Shown here piece by piece: positions 1-10,120 of a stretch of 64,000 nt of DNA; position 1 is the first letter of the stretch, and each line of letters begins with the position of its first letter. The translations under genes were made by a program, and so were the position numbers. The DNA is from an uncultured delta proteobacterium. Lineage in GTDB: Bacteria > Desulfobacterota > Binatia > Binatales > Binataceae. Under the pieces are notes generated by a model. It was not told where the DNA came from. It did not search any database and worked only from the letters and a program-made list of their open reading frames with translations. The stretch lies in the NCBI GenBank assembly GCA_963808235.1, contig CAWEEQ010000004.1, forward strand, positions 2,464,001 through 2,528,000, read 5' to 3'.

Positions 1-1
1 C

Positions 2-511
2 GGCCAGAGTAGGCAGTGCGATTCGCGCCGGCGCCTCATCGAGGTGCGGAGTCGTTTCCCATCGAGGATTCGTAAAAATAGCGATCGAAACCATCAGGCA
101 GAACAGCGCCTGCGCGGTTGCGGCGTGCGCGACCGCGATCGCGAGCGGCAACTCGAGCAACACCGTGATTCCGCCGAGGATCGCCTGCACGATGATCAGT
201 CCAAAACTGATGAATACGAGTTGACGGACCCATCGTCGCGGCTCCGCGCGCCACGCCCACGCCATCAGCATCAGCGTGAGAATCACCACGGTGCCGGCGG
301 CGAGGCGATGACCGAACTCGAAGCGGATACCCCCTTCCCACGCCGGGATTAGCTTGCCGAACGCGAGCGGCCAGTCCGGCACCGCGAGCGCGGAGCCGGT
401 CGAGGTGACGAGACCGCCGACGAAAATCAGACCAAAGGTGGCGCACGCGGTCAGCACCGCAAAACGATGCAGCGCGCGCCCATTCTCACGATCGACTGGA
501 AACTGATTCAT
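2..511 (-). CDS. ctaA: Heme A synthase (COX15/CtaA family), 5' part; runs off the window edge
   Basis: Hand-translated (absent from ORF track): MNQFPVDRENGRALHRFAVLTACATFGLIFVGGLVTSTGSALAVPDWPLAFG...FEFGHRLAAG...QAILGGITV...VAHAATAQ; directly downstream of coxA. Confidence 0.85.
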   Translation of the reverse strand, partial: MNQFPVDRENGRALHRFAVLTACATFGLIFVGGLVTSTGSALAVPDWPLAFGKLIPAWEGGIRFEFGHRLAAGTVVILTLMLMAWAWRAEPRRWVRQLVFISFGLIIVQAILGGITVLLELPLAIAVAHAATAQALFCLMVSIAIFTNPRWETTPHLDEAPARIALPTLA

Positions 512-530
512 TCGAGCTTGGTGCGAATAC

Positions 531-2285
531 CTAATCCGCCGCGGCGGTCGAGTGCTCGATCAACTGCGACTGCGGCAGGAAATCCTCCGCGACCTCGGGC
601 GAGCTGTACTCGTACGGTCCACGGTAAACGACCGGCACTGTGCCCGGCCAGTTGCCATGCGGCGGAGGTGACGGCGTCGTCCACTCCAGTGTATTTGCGT
701 TCCACGGATTCTCGGGTGCCTTCGCGCCCTTGAAGTAGCTCCAGATGATGTTGGCCAGAAACAGGAACTGCGCGGAGCCGAGCACGAACGCGCTGATCGA
801 AATAAATTCGTTGATTCCGATGATCGGCTTCAAAAAATCGTATTGCTGGGGATTGTAAATGCGGCGCATGTGACCCGCCATCCCCAGGATGTGCATCGGG
901 AAGAAGGTGCAATTGAACGCGACGAAGGTAATCCAGAAATGGACCTTAGCAAGCGTCTCGCTCATCATGCGCCCGAACATCTTTGGATACCAATAGGTAA
1001 TGCCGGCGAAGATTCCGAACAGGCTACCGCCGAATAGTACGTAGTGGATATGCGCGACGATGAAGTAAGTATCGTGGATATACATATCCACCGGCGTGGA
1101 CGCCATCCAGATTCCCGACAGGCCGCCGATTACGAACATCGAGACGAACGCCAGCGCGTTCATCATCGCGGCCGTGTAATGGATGTTCCCTTTGTAGAGC
1201 GTGCCGAGCCAGTTGAAGGTCTTAATCGCCGACGGCACTCCGATCACCATCGTCGTGATCATGAAGCTGCTGCCGAGCGCGGGATCCATCCCGGACTGGA
1301 ACATGTGATGACCCCAGACGATCCACGAAAGGAACGCGATCGCGATCATCGCGTAGGCCATCGCGCGATAACCGAAGATCGGCTTGCGCGAGAATGTCGA
1401 GATCACGTCCGACGCAATTCCCATCCCGGGCAGGATCATGATGTACACTTCCGGGTGGCCGAAGAACCAGAACAAATGCTGCCAGAGAAGCGGCTCGCCG
1501 CCGCCTGAGGGCAGAAAGAAATGCGTGCCGCCCATCCGATCGAACAGCAACAACGCCAGCGCCGTGGTCAGCACCGGCAGCGCCAGCAGAAGCAGGATCG
1601 CGGTGATGAACAGCGACCAGATCACCAGCGGCATGCGGAAGAAGTACATCCCCTTGGTGCGCATGTTGATGATGGTCGTGATGTAGTTGATCGAGCCCAT
1701 CAACGACGACGCGCCGAGCACGATCAGACTGATGCACCACAAATCCTGGCCCCAATCGACGCCGGTGTAGAGAGGCACCGCGCTCAGCGGCGCATACGAG
1801 GTCCATCCCGCCGCAGCCGGACCGGCGGGCACGAAGAACGACGAGAGGATCAGCACGCCGGCGACCGCGCCGACCCAGAACGACAGCATGTTGAGCTTCG
1901 GAAAGGCCATGTCGCGCGCGCCGATCATCAACGGGATCAGGAAGTTGCCGAAGCATCCGACCAGGATCGGCATCACCACGAAGAAGATCATGATCGTGGC
2001 GTGCATCGTGAGCATGGAATTGTAGATGTTGGGGGTGATGGCGCTGTCGCTTTGCAGAAATGAAGGGAAGTAGGCGAGGAACTTCCACTGTTCGTCGGGG
2101 AAGGCGAGGTCGAGCCGCATCAGCATCGCCATCAGTCCGCCGATCGACATCATGAACAGCGCCATGAACAGGAACTGGCGCCCGATCATCTTGTGATCGG
2201 TGGAAAAGATGTAGGTTCGGATGAAGCCGAGCTCATGATGCTCCGCGTGCGCGCCGTGACCCGCAACCGCTGCCGTACTGCTCAT
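531..2285 (-). CDS. ctaD: Cytochrome c oxidase subunit I (A1-type heme-copper oxidase)
   Basis: HLFWFFGHPEVY, WGHHM and VAHIHY motifs; STDHKMIG N-terminus. Confidence 0.97.
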   Translation of the reverse strand: MSSTAAVAGHGAHAEHHELGFIRTYIFSTDHKMIGRQFLFMALFMMSIGGLMAMLMRLDLAFPDEQWKFLAYFPSFLQSDSAITPNIYNSMLTMHATIMIFFVVMPILVGCFGNFLIPLMIGARDMAFPKLNMLSFWVGAVAGVLILSSFFVPAGPAAAGWTSYAPLSAVPLYTGVDWGQDLWCISLIVLGASSLMGSINYITTIINMRTKGMYFFRMPLVIWSLFITAILLLLALPVLTTALALLLFDRMGGTHFFLPSGGGEPLLWQHLFWFFGHPEVYIMILPGMGIASDVISTFSRKPIFGYRAMAYAMIAIAFLSWIVWGHHMFQSGMDPALGSSFMITTMVIGVPSAIKTFNWLGTLYKGNIHYTAAMMNALAFVSMFVIGGLSGIWMASTPVDMYIHDTYFIVAHIHYVLFGGSLFGIFAGITYWYPKMFGRMMSETLAKVHFWITFVAFNCTFFPMHILGMAGHMRRIYNPQQYDFLKPIIGINEFISISAFVLGSAQFLFLANIIWSYFKGAKAPENPWNANTLEWTTPSPPPHGNWPGTVPVVYRGPYEYSSPEVAEDFLPQSQLIEHSTAAAD

Positions 2286-2336
2286 CTTGGAATATCTCCT
2301 ACGCGCGCCGTGCCGGTTCGTTAGATTCCGGCCCCA

Positions 2337-3002
2337 CTACTTGTTCTCTGCGTATTTGTCTTTGAGCCACTTGTCGAAATCCGCCTGCGACTCAACGGTC
2401 AAGGTGCCCTTCATGCCCGAATGCCCGAAGCCGCAGAGCTCCGCGCAGGGAATTTCGTATTGCCCGGTTTCGGTCGCCTCGAACCAGACGTGGATCAGGC
2501 GGCCCGGAACCGCGTCCTGCTTAAGCCGCATGTTGGGGACGAAGAAACTATGGATGACATCCTTTGAGGTCAGATCGATTCGCGCCACTTGATTGACCGG
2601 GACATGCATTTCGTTTTCAACGGTGATCGCGTCCTTGCCAAACTTACCGTCCGGGCCTGCGTATGTGATCTCCCAATTGAACTGCTTGGCATTGACCTTA
2701 TAGAAGACCTGCCCCGGCGGCCCGTGCTCCTTGATGTCGGCCCAGGTCGAGCGGCTCATGAACGCGAGGATCACCAGGATGACCGCGGTCGCCGTCGTCC
2801 ATACGATCTCAAGCCGCGTGTTGCCCTCGATATATTCAGCCTTGCGCCCGGGCCGGGTGCGATAGCGGATCATGAAGATCACCATCGCGACCATCACGGC
2901 GATCCAGACGGCCATGACGATCCAGAAGATCAGCTCGAAGAGCCAATCGATCTGCGGACCGAAGGTCGATATGTCGTGCGGAAAATACAGATGCTCGAGC
3001 AT
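2337..3002 (-). CDS. ctaC: Cytochrome c oxidase subunit II
   Basis: Two TM helices, DVIHSF and CuA motif CAELCGFGHSGM; no fused cytochrome c. Confidence 0.96.
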   Translation of the reverse strand: MLEHLYFPHDISTFGPQIDWLFELIFWIVMAVWIAVMVAMVIFMIRYRTRPGRKAEYIEGNTRLEIVWTTATAVILVILAFMSRSTWADIKEHGPPGQVFYKVNAKQFNWEITYAGPDGKFGKDAITVENEMHVPVNQVARIDLTSKDVIHSFFVPNMRLKQDAVPGRLIHVWFEATETGQYEIPCAELCGFGHSGMKGTLTVESQADFDKWLKDKYAENK

Positions 3003-3358
3003 TAAATCGTGACCTCGTCACCTCGAAAGTCGCAAGCGCAAGTACCGGAGACGCGTTCGCCGCGCCGACTTAACAGGCCCACAGCGCGCCTCAACGCCTC
3101 CCGATCAACAGATTTGGCGTGATTATGCGCATCGGCCCGTCGATTAGTGAAATGAAAAATCTTAGTCCACCGCCACAACCCCAGCTTAATTTCACCGCCG
3201 TCATGACGCTCACATTTCGCCAATAATTTCAAGCGTTTCGCACCGTCTCCGCGCAGATCTTTCCATCCGCATCCGTTTCGAGATTGGCGGCGACAACGGT
3301 TTGGGCTAGAAGGGCTAGAGATGCGAGAACATGCAGGAGTGGGAGGTCTATTCCGGCT

Positions 3359-5146
3359 ATGCCTGATCGCGCGGCGACATTAGCGCAATCCTTTGAAGCC
3401 CAGGCGCGGAAATACGGCTCGCGCGTCTTCTTGAAGGACAAACGCGACCGCAAGTGGACCGACCACTCGTGGACCGAGATCGCCGACACCGCGGGGAAAC
3501 TCCGCGCCGGACTCGCGAACCTGGGCGTCAAGCACGGCGATCGAGTCGCGATTCTCTCCGACAACTGCCCCGAATGGATCGTCGTCGATCAAGCCGTGCT
3601 CGGACTCGGCGCCGTCGTGGTGCCGCTCTACACGACCAGCGGACTCGAAGAGACCGCGCACGTGATCAACGACTCGGGCGCGAAGATCGTCGCGGCGAAC
3701 GGGCCCGAGATGATCGACAAGATCGCCGGCCTCAAGAGCTCGATGCCCGAGGTGACCGACATCCTCGCGATGCATGGCGGCGCCGAAACCGCGCCTGCGG
3801 CGAACGGCTCGGCCGCGGTACGGACGATTGCGTCGGTGATGGGCGACGCGCCGGCTGCGATCGCGGAGGGCAGACGCGACGACCTGGCGACCATTATCTA
3901 CACCTCGGGCACCACCGGCACGTCGAAGGGCGTGATGCTTTCCCACGGCAACATCCTTTCCAACGGCGACGACGCGCTGACCGTGCTGGGTCTGGGTGAG
4001 ACCGACATGACGCTCTCGCATCTGCCGATCGCGCATTCGTTCGAACGCACCGCCGGCTACTACACGGTCGCGATGGCCGGCGGAACGATCGCGTTTGCGG
4101 AGAGCCTGGGGCAGATCGCATCGAACCTTACTGAAGTCGAGCCGACCGTGGTGCTCACCGTGCCGCGTCTGCTTGAAGTGATCCATGGCCGCGTGATGCG
4201 CACGGTCGAGACCTCGCCGCCGATGCGCCAGCGGCTGTTCAAGCTCGCGCTCTCGACCGGCGAGGAGGCAGCGCACTATCGGCATCGCGGGCAACCGGTC
4301 CCCGCTCATCTCGCGCTCGGGATGGCGTTATTTCGGCGCCTCGTGTTCGCGCGAATCCGCGCAATTTTCGGGACCAAAATGCGCTATCTGATCTCAGGCG
4401 GCGCGCCACTGCCGAGCGAGATCAACCGGTTCCTCGCGGCGGCCGAAGTCCCAATCGTCGAAGGTTACGGGCTGACCGAGGCGGCGCCGGTCGTCGCATG
4501 CAATCTGCACAACGGCAAAACCAGAATCGGCAGCGTCGGCCGCCCGCTCCCGCATATCGAGGTCGAAACTGCGCCCGACGGCGAGTTGCTGCTGCGCGGT
4601 CCAAACGTGATGAAGGGTTATTACAAGCTCGAGGCGGAGACGAAGGAGGCGATCGACGAAAACGGATGGCTGCACACCGGCGACATCGCGAAGATCGACG
4701 CCGAGGGCTATATCTCGATCACCGACCGCAAGAAGGAGATCATCGTGCTATCGGGCGGCAAAAACATCTCGCCCGCATACGTCGAGAGCAAGCTCACCGC
4801 CGACAAGTTCATCAGCCAGGCCTGCGTCATCGGCGATCGCAAAAAGCATCTCGCGGCGCTGGTGGTGCCAGACTACGAAAACCTGGTGGATTTTCTAAGC
4901 GAGAATAAACTCGATCCGAAAAATTCCACCGAGCTCGGCAAATCACAAGCGCTGAGAAAGCTGGTCCAGGAGCGAATCCGCGAGATCAACAAGCAACTCT
5001 CGGACGTGGAGGCGATCGCGGCTTTCACGATCGTGCCGCAACCCTTCACCCAGGAGAACGGCGAGCTGACGCCATCACTAAAGGTGCGTCGCAAGATAGT
5101 GCAGTCGCACTTCAAGGATCAGATCGATTTGATGTTCGGCGATTAA
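3359..5146 (+). CDS. Long-chain fatty acid--CoA ligase (AMP-dependent synthetase)
   Basis: IIYTSGTTGTSKG, EGYGLTE, WLHTGD, ELTPSLK; GGAGG RBS upstream of ATG 3359. Confidence 0.93.
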   Translation: MPDRAATLAQSFEAQARKYGSRVFLKDKRDRKWTDHSWTEIADTAGKLRAGLANLGVKHGDRVAILSDNCPEWIVVDQAVLGLGAVVVPLYTTSGLEETAHVINDSGAKIVAANGPEMIDKIAGLKSSMPEVTDILAMHGGAETAPAANGSAAVRTIASVMGDAPAAIAEGRRDDLATIIYTSGTTGTSKGVMLSHGNILSNGDDALTVLGLGETDMTLSHLPIAHSFERTAGYYTVAMAGGTIAFAESLGQIASNLTEVEPTVVLTVPRLLEVIHGRVMRTVETSPPMRQRLFKLALSTGEEAAHYRHRGQPVPAHLALGMALFRRLVFARIRAIFGTKMRYLISGGAPLPSEINRFLAAAEVPIVEGYGLTEAAPVVACNLHNGKTRIGSVGRPLPHIEVETAPDGELLLRGPNVMKGYYKLEAETKEAIDENGWLHTGDIAKIDAEGYISITDRKKEIIVLSGGKNISPAYVESKLTADKFISQACVIGDRKKHLAALVVPDYENLVDFLSENKLDPKNSTELGKSQALRKLVQERIREINKQLSDVEAIAAFTIVPQPFTQENGELTPSLKVRRKIVQSHFKDQIDLMFGD

Positions 5147-6056
5147 TAGCGTGCGCTGCCGCCGAGCCGGCCGTCACCACATCACCGCCTCCGCCGCCGT
5201 CTAATTCCGCCAAGGTTTGGGGCGACAGTGTCAACTGGCCTGCGGCTAGGTTCTCGCGGAGGTGGCCGAGCGACGACGTGCCAGGAATCAATAGAATGTT
5301 GGACGACCGATGTAGCAGCCACGCCAGCGCGACCTGTATCGGCGTGGCCCCGAGTCGGCCCGCGACCGACGCCAGCGTTGACGACTGCAGCGGCGAGAAT
5401 CCACCGAGCGGGAAGAACGGCACGTACGCGATGCCCTGCCGGGCCAAGTCGTCGATCAGGGCGTCGTCGTGGCGGTGGACCAGGTTATAGTTGTTCTGCA
5501 CGCACACGATGTCGGTGATCGCATTCGCCTCGGCCACTTGAGACGCAGTGACGTTGCTCAGGCCGATGTGGCGGATAAGGCCCTTGCGCCGCAGCTCGGC
5601 CAGAACCGTCACCTGCTCGGCGATCGACCCCTCCGCGGGAGCGTGGACCAACCCCATCACGCGGTAATTGACGATGTCGAGCGCGTCGATGCCCAAGTTG
5701 CGGAGGTTGTCGTGAACGCCGGCGGTCAGTTCCTGGGGCGAGATAGCCGGCTGCCACGACTGGTCGGGCGGGCGGCGAGCCCCGAGCTTGGTGACGATCA
5801 TCAGTCCAGCCGGGTACGGGTGCAGCGCCTGCCGAATAATCTGGTTGGTGATGTGCGGGCCGTAGTAGTCGCTGGTGTCGATATGGTTCACGCCGGCCGC
5901 GACGGCCTCGCGGAGGACAGCGATCGCACCGTCGGGGTCTTTGGGCGGGCCCCACACGCCCGGCCCGGCCAGCTGCATCGCGCCGTAGCCAATCCGTTGG
6001 ACCGTCAGTGACGTGCCGGGGAACGTGAACCGGCCGCCGAGCGTCGCTTCACTCAT
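5112..6056 (-). CDS. Aldo/keto reductase family oxidoreductase
   Basis: IGYGAMQL, HIDTSDYYG, IGLSN, IPGTSS; overlaps the convergent ligase 3' end by 35 nt. Confidence 0.92.
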   Translation of the reverse strand: MSEATLGGRFTFPGTSLTVQRIGYGAMQLAGPGVWGPPKDPDGAIAVLREAVAAGVNHIDTSDYYGPHITNQIIRQALHPYPAGLMIVTKLGARRPPDQSWQPAISPQELTAGVHDNLRNLGIDALDIVNYRVMGLVHAPAEGSIAEQVTVLAELRRKGLIRHIGLSNVTASQVAEANAITDIVCVQNNYNLVHRHDDALIDDLARQGIAYVPFFPLGGFSPLQSSTLASVAGRLGATPIQVALAWLLHRSSNILLIPGTSSLGHLRENLAAGQLTLSPQTLAELDGGGGGDVVTAGSAAAHAINRRTSNRSDP

Positions 6057-6161
6057 GGTATTGCTCCTTTCCAGTGCTGATATGAGCAAGAGTACGCGAA
6101 GGATGAGATCGATTCAGATCCATTCGATGTACGACGACTGAATGCGCGGGAGTCGAGCCGG

Positions 6162-6656
6162 TTACTTCGTCCCGTTTTCGGCTGCCAGCACTGCGTGAAT
6201 CGTGATGAGCTTCTTCACCATGTAGGCGCGCTTGCCTTTGGGCGTGACGACTTCGATATCGTCCTGCTCCGCTTTGCCGATTAGCGCGCGCCCGAGCGGT
6301 GACGACAACGAGATCCGATTCTGTGCGCCGTCCACTTCTTCCGGCACCACTATCTCGAAGTCGGCGACGCCGCCCTCGTCAAGATCCTCGAGCTTCACGC
6401 GGCTGCCGAGCCCAACGGTATCGCGCGGAATCGTTTCGAGGTCGATCATCGTCAGCTCCGCGATTCGCGCCTCGAGATTATTCACCCGCGCGCGCAGGAA
6501 TTCCTGGCGCTGCTTCGCCATCGCCCATTCCGCATTCTCCGACAGGTCGCCGTGAGCGCGCGCGCGCTCGAGCTCCTTGGGCAGGTCCACGGTCAGTTCG
6601 CGCTTGAGCGTCTCGAGGTCTTTTCTAAGGCGTTTGATTACGGGTAGTTCAGCCAT
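6162..6656 (-). CDS. greA: Transcription elongation factor GreA/GreB family
   Basis: ARAHGDLSENAEW and ISLSSPLGRALIG motifs. Confidence 0.9.
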   Translation of the reverse strand: MAELPVIKRLRKDLETLKRELTVDLPKELERARAHGDLSENAEWAMAKQRQEFLRARVNNLEARIAELTMIDLETIPRDTVGLGSRVKLEDLDEGGVADFEIVVPEEVDGAQNRISLSSPLGRALIGKAEQDDIEVVTPKGKRAYMVKKLITIHAVLAAENGTK

Positions 6657-6740
6657 CTCTATACGGTCTTCCTGAATTCAACTCTGACTTTAAGTCTATA
6701 CCATCCGACACCCCGGTGAGCGGGCATCTCTTTTACCGCG

Positions 6741-6974
6741 CTAGTCCGCGACGATCGAAGTCAGGCTCCGATTCACCCCGGGCACGCTCTGAATTTTCTG
6801 CACCACCAGCTCGCCGAGCGAGGTCACGTCGTGCGCCTCGGCGATCGCGATAATATCGTGCGGGCCCGTGACCGCATGCGCGACCGAAACACCGCCCACG
6901 GCGCGAATCTTGGCCGCGACATCGCGCGCTTTTCCCGGCGACGTGTCGATCAAAATGAATGCCTTCACCGACAT
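6741..6974 (-). CDS. Lrp/AsnC ligand-binding (RAM) domain protein
   Basis: 77 aa; AFILI...VTGPHDIIA...IQSVPGV pattern, no HTH. Confidence 0.85.
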   Translation of the reverse strand: MSVKAFILIDTSPGKARDVAAKIRAVGGVSVAHAVTGPHDIIAIAEAHDVTSLGELVVQKIQSVPGVNRSLTSIVAD

Positions 6975-7032
6975 AATGTTTTCCTCCCGGCGCGCGTCGC
7001 GCCATCAGGTTCCCCGCCGCCGTCGCGGGCAT

Positions 7033-7914
7033 TCAATGAGCCGGCGGAATCAACGTGCCCTTCTCATCGTATTCATAAAAACCGCGTCCCGACTTGCGCC
7101 CGAGATAGCCGGCGTCGACGTACTTCTTGAGCAGCGGGCACGGCCGATACTTGTCGTCGCCGAGCACCCGATGCATCACCTCCATGATCGCGAGGCAGGT
7201 GTCGAGCCCGATAAGATCGGCCAGCTCGAGCGGCCCCATCGGCTGATTGGTGCCGAGCTTCATCGCAGTGTCGATATCGGTCACCCCGCCGACGCCCTCA
7301 TACATGGTGTAAATCGCTTCGTTGATCATCGGCAGCAGGACGCGATTGACGATGAAGCCGGGAAAATCCTGCGCCGTCATCGTGGTCTTGCCGAGCTGCT
7401 CGGCGAGCGCGCGGGTCTGCTGAAAGGTCGCCTCTGAAGTCGCCAGCCCGCGAATGATCTCGACCAGCTTCATCGCCGGAACCGGATTCATGAAATGCAT
7501 TCCGATCACGCGATCGGCGCGCGCGGTCTTCGCGCCCATCTTGGTGATCGAAATCGACGACGTGTTGGAGGCAAAGATGGTCTCCGGCGGACAGACCTTG
7601 TCGAGCTTCTGCAGGAGCGCGATCTTCGCGTCTTCGTTTTCGATCACCGCCTCGATAACGAAATCGACCTTGGCGAGATCCTCGAGGTTGGTGGTCGTCT
7701 CGACCCGGCGCATCACGCGATCGCGTTCTTCAGGCTTGAAGCGGCCGCGCTCGATCATCCGGTTGAAGTTGCGCGCAATCGAATCGACTCCGCGCTTGCA
7801 CAGCTCCGGCGTCACGTCATGCATCATGACCGCGATTTCCGCCTGAGCCGCGACCTGCGCAATCCCCGCGCCCATCTGCCCCGCCCCAATCACGCCGATC
7901 TGCCGTAAACTCAT
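7033..7914 (-). CDS. hbd: 3-hydroxybutyryl-CoA dehydrogenase
   Basis: GAGQMG Rossmann motif, ASNTSS, GMHFMNP, PMGPLELAD. Confidence 0.93.
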   Translation of the reverse strand: MSLRQIGVIGAGQMGAGIAQVAAQAEIAVMMHDVTPELCKRGVDSIARNFNRMIERGRFKPEERDRVMRRVETTTNLEDLAKVDFVIEAVIENEDAKIALLQKLDKVCPPETIFASNTSSISITKMGAKTARADRVIGMHFMNPVPAMKLVEIIRGLATSEATFQQTRALAEQLGKTTMTAQDFPGFIVNRVLLPMINEAIYTMYEGVGGVTDIDTAMKLGTNQPMGPLELADLIGLDTCLAIMEVMHRVLGDDKYRPCPLLKKYVDAGYLGRKSGRGFYEYDEKGTLIPPAH

Positions 7915-7946
7915 TGCTTTCTCCCAGAAAACACCTTTGACCCGAT

Positions 7947-8222
7947 CTACAGGTATGGAATGTAATTTTTCAGCGAGCTCAACAGCGCCGCGACGTCGGC
8001 CTCGTCGCCAAGATCGCGGCATAAAATTTCGTAGTAGCCTTTGATCCGGCCGCGCTCCTGGTTTTCGGCTGGCTCCGCGAGCAGAGCCTGGAAGTCCTTG
8101 AGCAGAGCCTGCGCTTCGAGCTTCTTCTTGACCGGGATCGCTTCGTCATCGACCGCGATCAGCAAGCGGATGTGATCGATCATCCGGTTCATCACGGCAA
8201 AATCGCTGCGATCTTTTTCCAT
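7947..8222 (-). CDS. Hypothetical helical protein
   Basis: Operonic spacing with hbd and the upstream ORF; plausible composition. Confidence 0.7.
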   Translation of the reverse strand: MEKDRSDFAVMNRMIDHIRLLIAVDDEAIPVKKKLEAQALLKDFQALLAEPAENQERGRIKGYYEILCRDLGDEADVAALLSSLKNYIPYL

Positions 8223-8239
8223 CGTCGATTTCCCGCGAG

Positions 8240-8602
8240 TCAATGATGCTCCGGAGGCTCTTCGCCGCCGACCCAGGTTCCCGCGCCGCCGCCGGTGCGC
8301 ATCTGCGTGCGCACCCGCTTTACATCTTCAGGCGACTGCCGGCCCGGCATTCCGAGATTTCGCATCAGGACATTGGTGAGGTTCGAGGTCAGCCGGTCCC
8401 GAATCGTCGGCTCGGCGCCAACCTGCGCGTCGAGCACCACATCCACCTGCTCGCGCTTCAGCCCCTCTTCGATAAAGATATCGACCAGGCCCGCGAGGCC
8501 CACGTCGCCGCCGGCCCGGTCCACAATCGCGACGACCTTCGCGCACGGCACACAGACCCGGCGAAGGAACCCGGCGCGCTCATGGCAATAGGTACAGCGC
8601 AT
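8240..8602 (-). CDS. Hypothetical protein with N-terminal CxxC...CxxC zinc ribbon
   Basis: MRCTYCHE...VCVPC; operonic position. Confidence 0.7.
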   Translation of the reverse strand: MRCTYCHERAGFLRRVCVPCAKVVAIVDRAGGDVGLAGLVDIFIEEGLKREQVDVVLDAQVGAEPTIRDRLTSNLTNVLMRNLGMPGRQSPEDVKRVRTQMRTGGGAGTWVGGEEPPEHH

Positions 8603-8796
8603 CAGGCGTAACTCAATGTACCTCTCCGGCTATTGGAGTCGCTTGACCCCATAAAAGCACTTGAAGCGGCCGTGCGCACGATCAAATCGGCGGGCCCGCT
8701 TCAGCCTCGAAGTTACTACCGGCTGTCCGCGCGAGCAAGTAGAGGAGAATGGGCGCACGGCCCGCACATGGCGGGCCGGCCGAGGCGGCGATCGTC

Positions 8797-9822
8797 CTAC
8801 TGATGGCTGGCGAGGAAGGTCAGCATCTGCTCGGTCCAGGTGAGCGGCCATTCGATGTGATTCAGTGAGCCGACCGTAATGCCAGGCAGGCTCGTGCTGG
8901 TGCCGTCCGGATCGGTGCCGCACAGCGGATCACAAAAGCCGACCTGCTGCTTGAGCGAGTCGATTATCACGTCCTCGTCAGGGTTGGCGCCGAGCGTCGC
9001 CACTTGGCTGATGATCATCTCGCTGTTGGGGCACAGGCCCGCGATGTCGCAGGAATTGTGCACTTGGTAGCTTTGGATCTTTGGATTCGGAACCTGGATC
9101 TCTGCGTTGCTAGCGGGATGATCCTCGACTGGAGTCTGCGGGCATGGATCGTTGAAGGCCTTGAACGGATCGGGCGCCGAATACACCGCGATCGCATTCA
9201 CGTTGGGGCGGTTGAGCGCATAGATATACGACATCGCGGATCCGTTGGACCATCCGGAGACGAACGTCTTGTCCCTGAGCACGGTTCCGTTGGCCTGCAC
9301 CACGTTGATGAAATGATCGATGGTCGCGGCGTCTACATTTTCAGGAAAACTCTGGTTACCGATGTTCCTGTTGCCCGGAGTGAACTGTCGGTACCAGTTG
9401 TCCCATCCGGGGCCCTGATTGTCGGGGGCGGGATAGAAATGCGTCGTCTCGCGACCCTCAGGAGTCAGCACCACAAAGCCCTTGGTGCCGGGGCTAAGGC
9501 TGAAGTTGTTCTGGAACGACAGGATGTTGGTCGAGGTTATCGAGTCGGCGGTCACCAGCGAAGGATGCAACCATACGAGCAGCGGCAGCGGATTCGATTC
9601 CGAGGCGCCCAGCGGTTCGTACAGGCACGCATAGCGTGGAGTGCCGTCGGAATCATTCCAGGGACCTAACAGCGTCCCTCCTGCACAGATCGGAACCGGG
9701 TTGCTGATCAACGTCTGCGGAGGATTGCCAAACGGGCTGCATGCCGTGGCCGCGGCGGCGGAACCTGGGCCGGCTGCAAGCGTCGCGATCGCAAGCAAAA
9801 CGAATAGAAAACTGGCTTTCAT
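8797..9822 (-). CDS. Secreted alpha/beta hydrolase (PHB depolymerase/esterase-like)
   Basis: Signal peptide, PLLVWLHP, nucleophile elbow GWSNG, C-terminal His. Confidence 0.75.
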   Translation of the reverse strand: MKASFLFVLLAIATLAAGPGSAAAATACSPFGNPPQTLISNPVPICAGGTLLGPWNDSDGTPRYACLYEPLGASESNPLPLLVWLHPSLVTADSITSTNILSFQNNFSLSPGTKGFVVLTPEGRETTHFYPAPDNQGPGWDNWYRQFTPGNRNIGNQSFPENVDAATIDHFINVVQANGTVLRDKTFVSGWSNGSAMSYIYALNRPNVNAIAVYSAPDPFKAFNDPCPQTPVEDHPASNAEIQVPNPKIQSYQVHNSCDIAGLCPNSEMIISQVATLGANPDEDVIIDSLKQQVGFCDPLCGTDPDGTSTSLPGITVGSLNHIEWPLTWTEQMLTFLASHQ

Positions 9823-10004
9823 TCGTACGTCCTCCTCGTACCAGTAGGGCCCCCATTGGCGCGGATTTCATATGCACGCAATTTCGGGGCCTTGCCGATC
9901 TTCTCGCTCGTCCGTGGATTATGTTTAAAATTCAGCATGAATTTGCTGGTCGGAGTGCTCCGAAGCACAAGGCGGGTGTCAACTATGAGGAAGGTTTTAC
10001 ACGT

Positions 10005-10033
10005 TTGACATTCTTAGAGGCGGCGAATAACAT
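10005..10033 (+). promoter_or_regulatory. Sigma70-type promoter of the iron permease gene
   Basis: TTGACA (10005-10010), 17-bp spacer, TAACAT (10028-10033). Confidence 0.7.
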
Positions 10034-10037
10034 CATA

Positions 10038-10054
10038 TTGAGAATGATTCTCAA
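10038..10054. promoter_or_regulatory. Fur box
   Basis: Perfect palindrome TTGAGAATGATTCTCAA matching the Fur 7-1-7 consensus, just downstream of the -10 of an FTR1 permease. Confidence 0.8.
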
Positions 10055-10120
10055 AATTATGACGTGTTAGCTCCTGCTTGACGATTAACATCCCGAATCC
10101 TACCAACCGACCACCACCCA

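Noticed and set aside
9905-9935. TTATGTTTAAA resembling a XerD arm of dif
   Set aside because: No XerC arm at the correct spacing
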